The notes under the pieces: generated by a model
Databases searched by the model: none
Told to the model about the DNA's origin: nothing
The model's input: only the letters and a program-made list of their open reading frames with translations
From: Calditrichia bacterium
GTDB taxonomy: Bacteria > Calditrichota > Calditrichia > RBG-13-44-9
Direction: 5' to 3'
Length of the DNA: 17,888 nt
NCBI GenBank assembly: GCA_037381445.1
Contig: JARRQT010000107.1
Coordinates: 1 to 17,888 of the forward strand
Shown here: one piece after another, positions 17,056 through 17,888 of the stretch
Numbering within the stretch: position 1 is the stretch's first letter
Layout: every line of letters starts with the position of its first letter
Translations under genes and position numbers: made by a program

Positions 17056-17056
17056 C
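17016..17056. repeat. Perfect tandem duplication of 20 bp (cgaaaccgggcccctgggtg x2)
   Basis: Read directly: 17016-17035 is identical to 17036-17055. Confidence 0.97.
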
Positions 17057-17888
17057 TGGAAAGCTACCCCACCATCTGCCAGTACTGCAGTGTGGGATGC
17101 ACCATGCAGACCGATGTTCTGGACAATCATGTGCTTAAAATCTCCGCATATAAAGAAGCCGAAGTAAATGAATTCGGTAATCTCTGCCGGAAAGGCCGCT
17201 ATGGTTACCGATACATGAATGATAAGAGCAGGCTGAAACAGCCTCATATCAGGAAAAACGGGCAGCTGGAACCTGTCTCATGGAATGAAGCTTTTGAATA
17301 TGCGGCTCGGCGGGTCAGGCAACTGAAAGAAACCAGTGCGGAATGGGCAGTGTTTGGATCACCCCATTCAACCAATGAAGAAAATTACCTGCTTCAGAAA
17401 TTCAGCCGGACAGTATTGGGCAGCAATAATATCGGGTCATTCTCCAATCTGAATGAGCTACCTGAAGCGCTGCTGCGGGCTTCCATGTCCAATACAAATT
17501 TTAATCGGATCGAAGAGAGCGATTTCATCATGGTCTGTAATTTCGATCCGATTGAGACGCACCCGGTCCTGTATATCAAATTGCAGAAAGCCGCCAGAAG
17601 AGGGCAGACGGTTTACATGGGATGCTGTCCTGATTCCAGGCTGGCGAGAAAGTCTAAGGTCCTAAACTTGCCCGACGACAAGAAATCACTGTTCCTGCAG
17701 TATCTTATCGATCGCATCAATCACAGCGGCTGGTACGAAAAAATTGCGGCCGTGAATCATCATCCCAGGTTTGAGGAGATTTTCCATAAGGTCAGCGGGA
17801 TCTCACAAAAAATCTCACTGTCCGAATTCAATCTGACCAGGAAAGAGTTCGACGCTTTCTTCAAACAGATTGTCCGGGCCAAAAAACC
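17056..17888 (+). CDS. Segment 3 of the stnC-like gene: molybdopterin-oxidoreductase 4Fe-4S domain and FDH/NuoG-like domain (partial; absent from the ORF track)
   Basis: Frame 1 is open from 17056 to the window end: LESYPTICQYCSVGC...GNLCRKGRYG...RLKQP.IRKNG.LEPVSWNEAF...GSPHSTNEENYLLQKFSRTVLGSNNIGSF...IEESDFIMV...DP.ETHPV. Confidence 0.88.
   Translation, partial: MESYPTICQYCSVGCTMQTDVLDNHVLKISAYKEAEVNEFGNLCRKGRYGYRYMNDKSRLKQPHIRKNGQLEPVSWNEAFEYAARRVRQLKETSAEWAVFGSPHSTNEENYLLQKFSRTVLGSNNIGSFSNLNELPEALLRASMSNTNFNRIEESDFIMVCNFDPIETHPVLYIKLQKAARRGQTVYMGCCPDSRLARKSKVLNLPDDKKSLFLQYLIDRINHSGWYEKIAAVNHHPRFEEIFHKVSGISQKISLSEFNLTRKEFDAFFKQIVRAKK

Larger units (their letters stand above)
15022..17888 (+). 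pseudogene. StnC/NfnA(Bfu)-like fusion: [2Fe-2S] + GltD/NfnB-like FAD/NADP(H) domain + 2x[4Fe-4S] + FDH/NuoG-like molybdopterin-oxidoreductase-fold domain; two frameshifts; runs off the window
   Basis: Three consecutive reading segments (frame 1, then 2, then 1) give one colinear domain architecture. Breaks lie at about 16450 and at the 20-bp duplication 17016-17056. Start ATG at 15022 with GGAG 6 nt upstream. Confidence 0.85.

Noticed and set aside
17016..17056. Tandem repeat as a CRISPR array or insertion target-site duplication
   Set aside because: There are only two adjacent copies with no spacer or intervening element, and no cas or transposase genes.
17056..17888. Catalytic formate dehydrogenase alpha subunit
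   Set aside because: The Cys/Sec-His active-site pair is absent (NNIGSFSNLNE).

Overview
Bacterial chromosomal housekeeping and redox region with no mobile element, CRISPR array or RNA gene that I can support. The gene set suggests an FCB-related anaerobe such as Calditrichota, which is only a guess. Minus strand: cytochrome c lipoprotein with a CX5CH motif, hisS, trmJ-family methyltransferase and a frameshifted mpl that runs off the left edge. Plus strand: REC-GAF-GGDEF diguanylate cyclase, bshA, glycerophosphodiester phosphodiesterase, a membrane-anchored hypothetical protein, a catalytically degenerate glutamate formiminotransferase-like protein, a cyclodeaminase/cyclohydrolase, Nfu, a DUF151-UVR nuclease and an MBL hydrolase. 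The window ends with a three-gene NuoE-like/NuoF-like/GltD-FDH-like fusion operon with the architecture of an electron-bifurcating StnABC/NfnABC (Bfu-family) transhydrogenase, preceded by a Rex/CRP-type palindrome. Four lesions fall in conserved genes: +1 in a C7 run in mpl, an apparent in-frame deletion in bshA, and a frameshifting deletion plus a perfect 20-bp tandem duplication in the stnC-like gene. These may be assembly errors or real decay.
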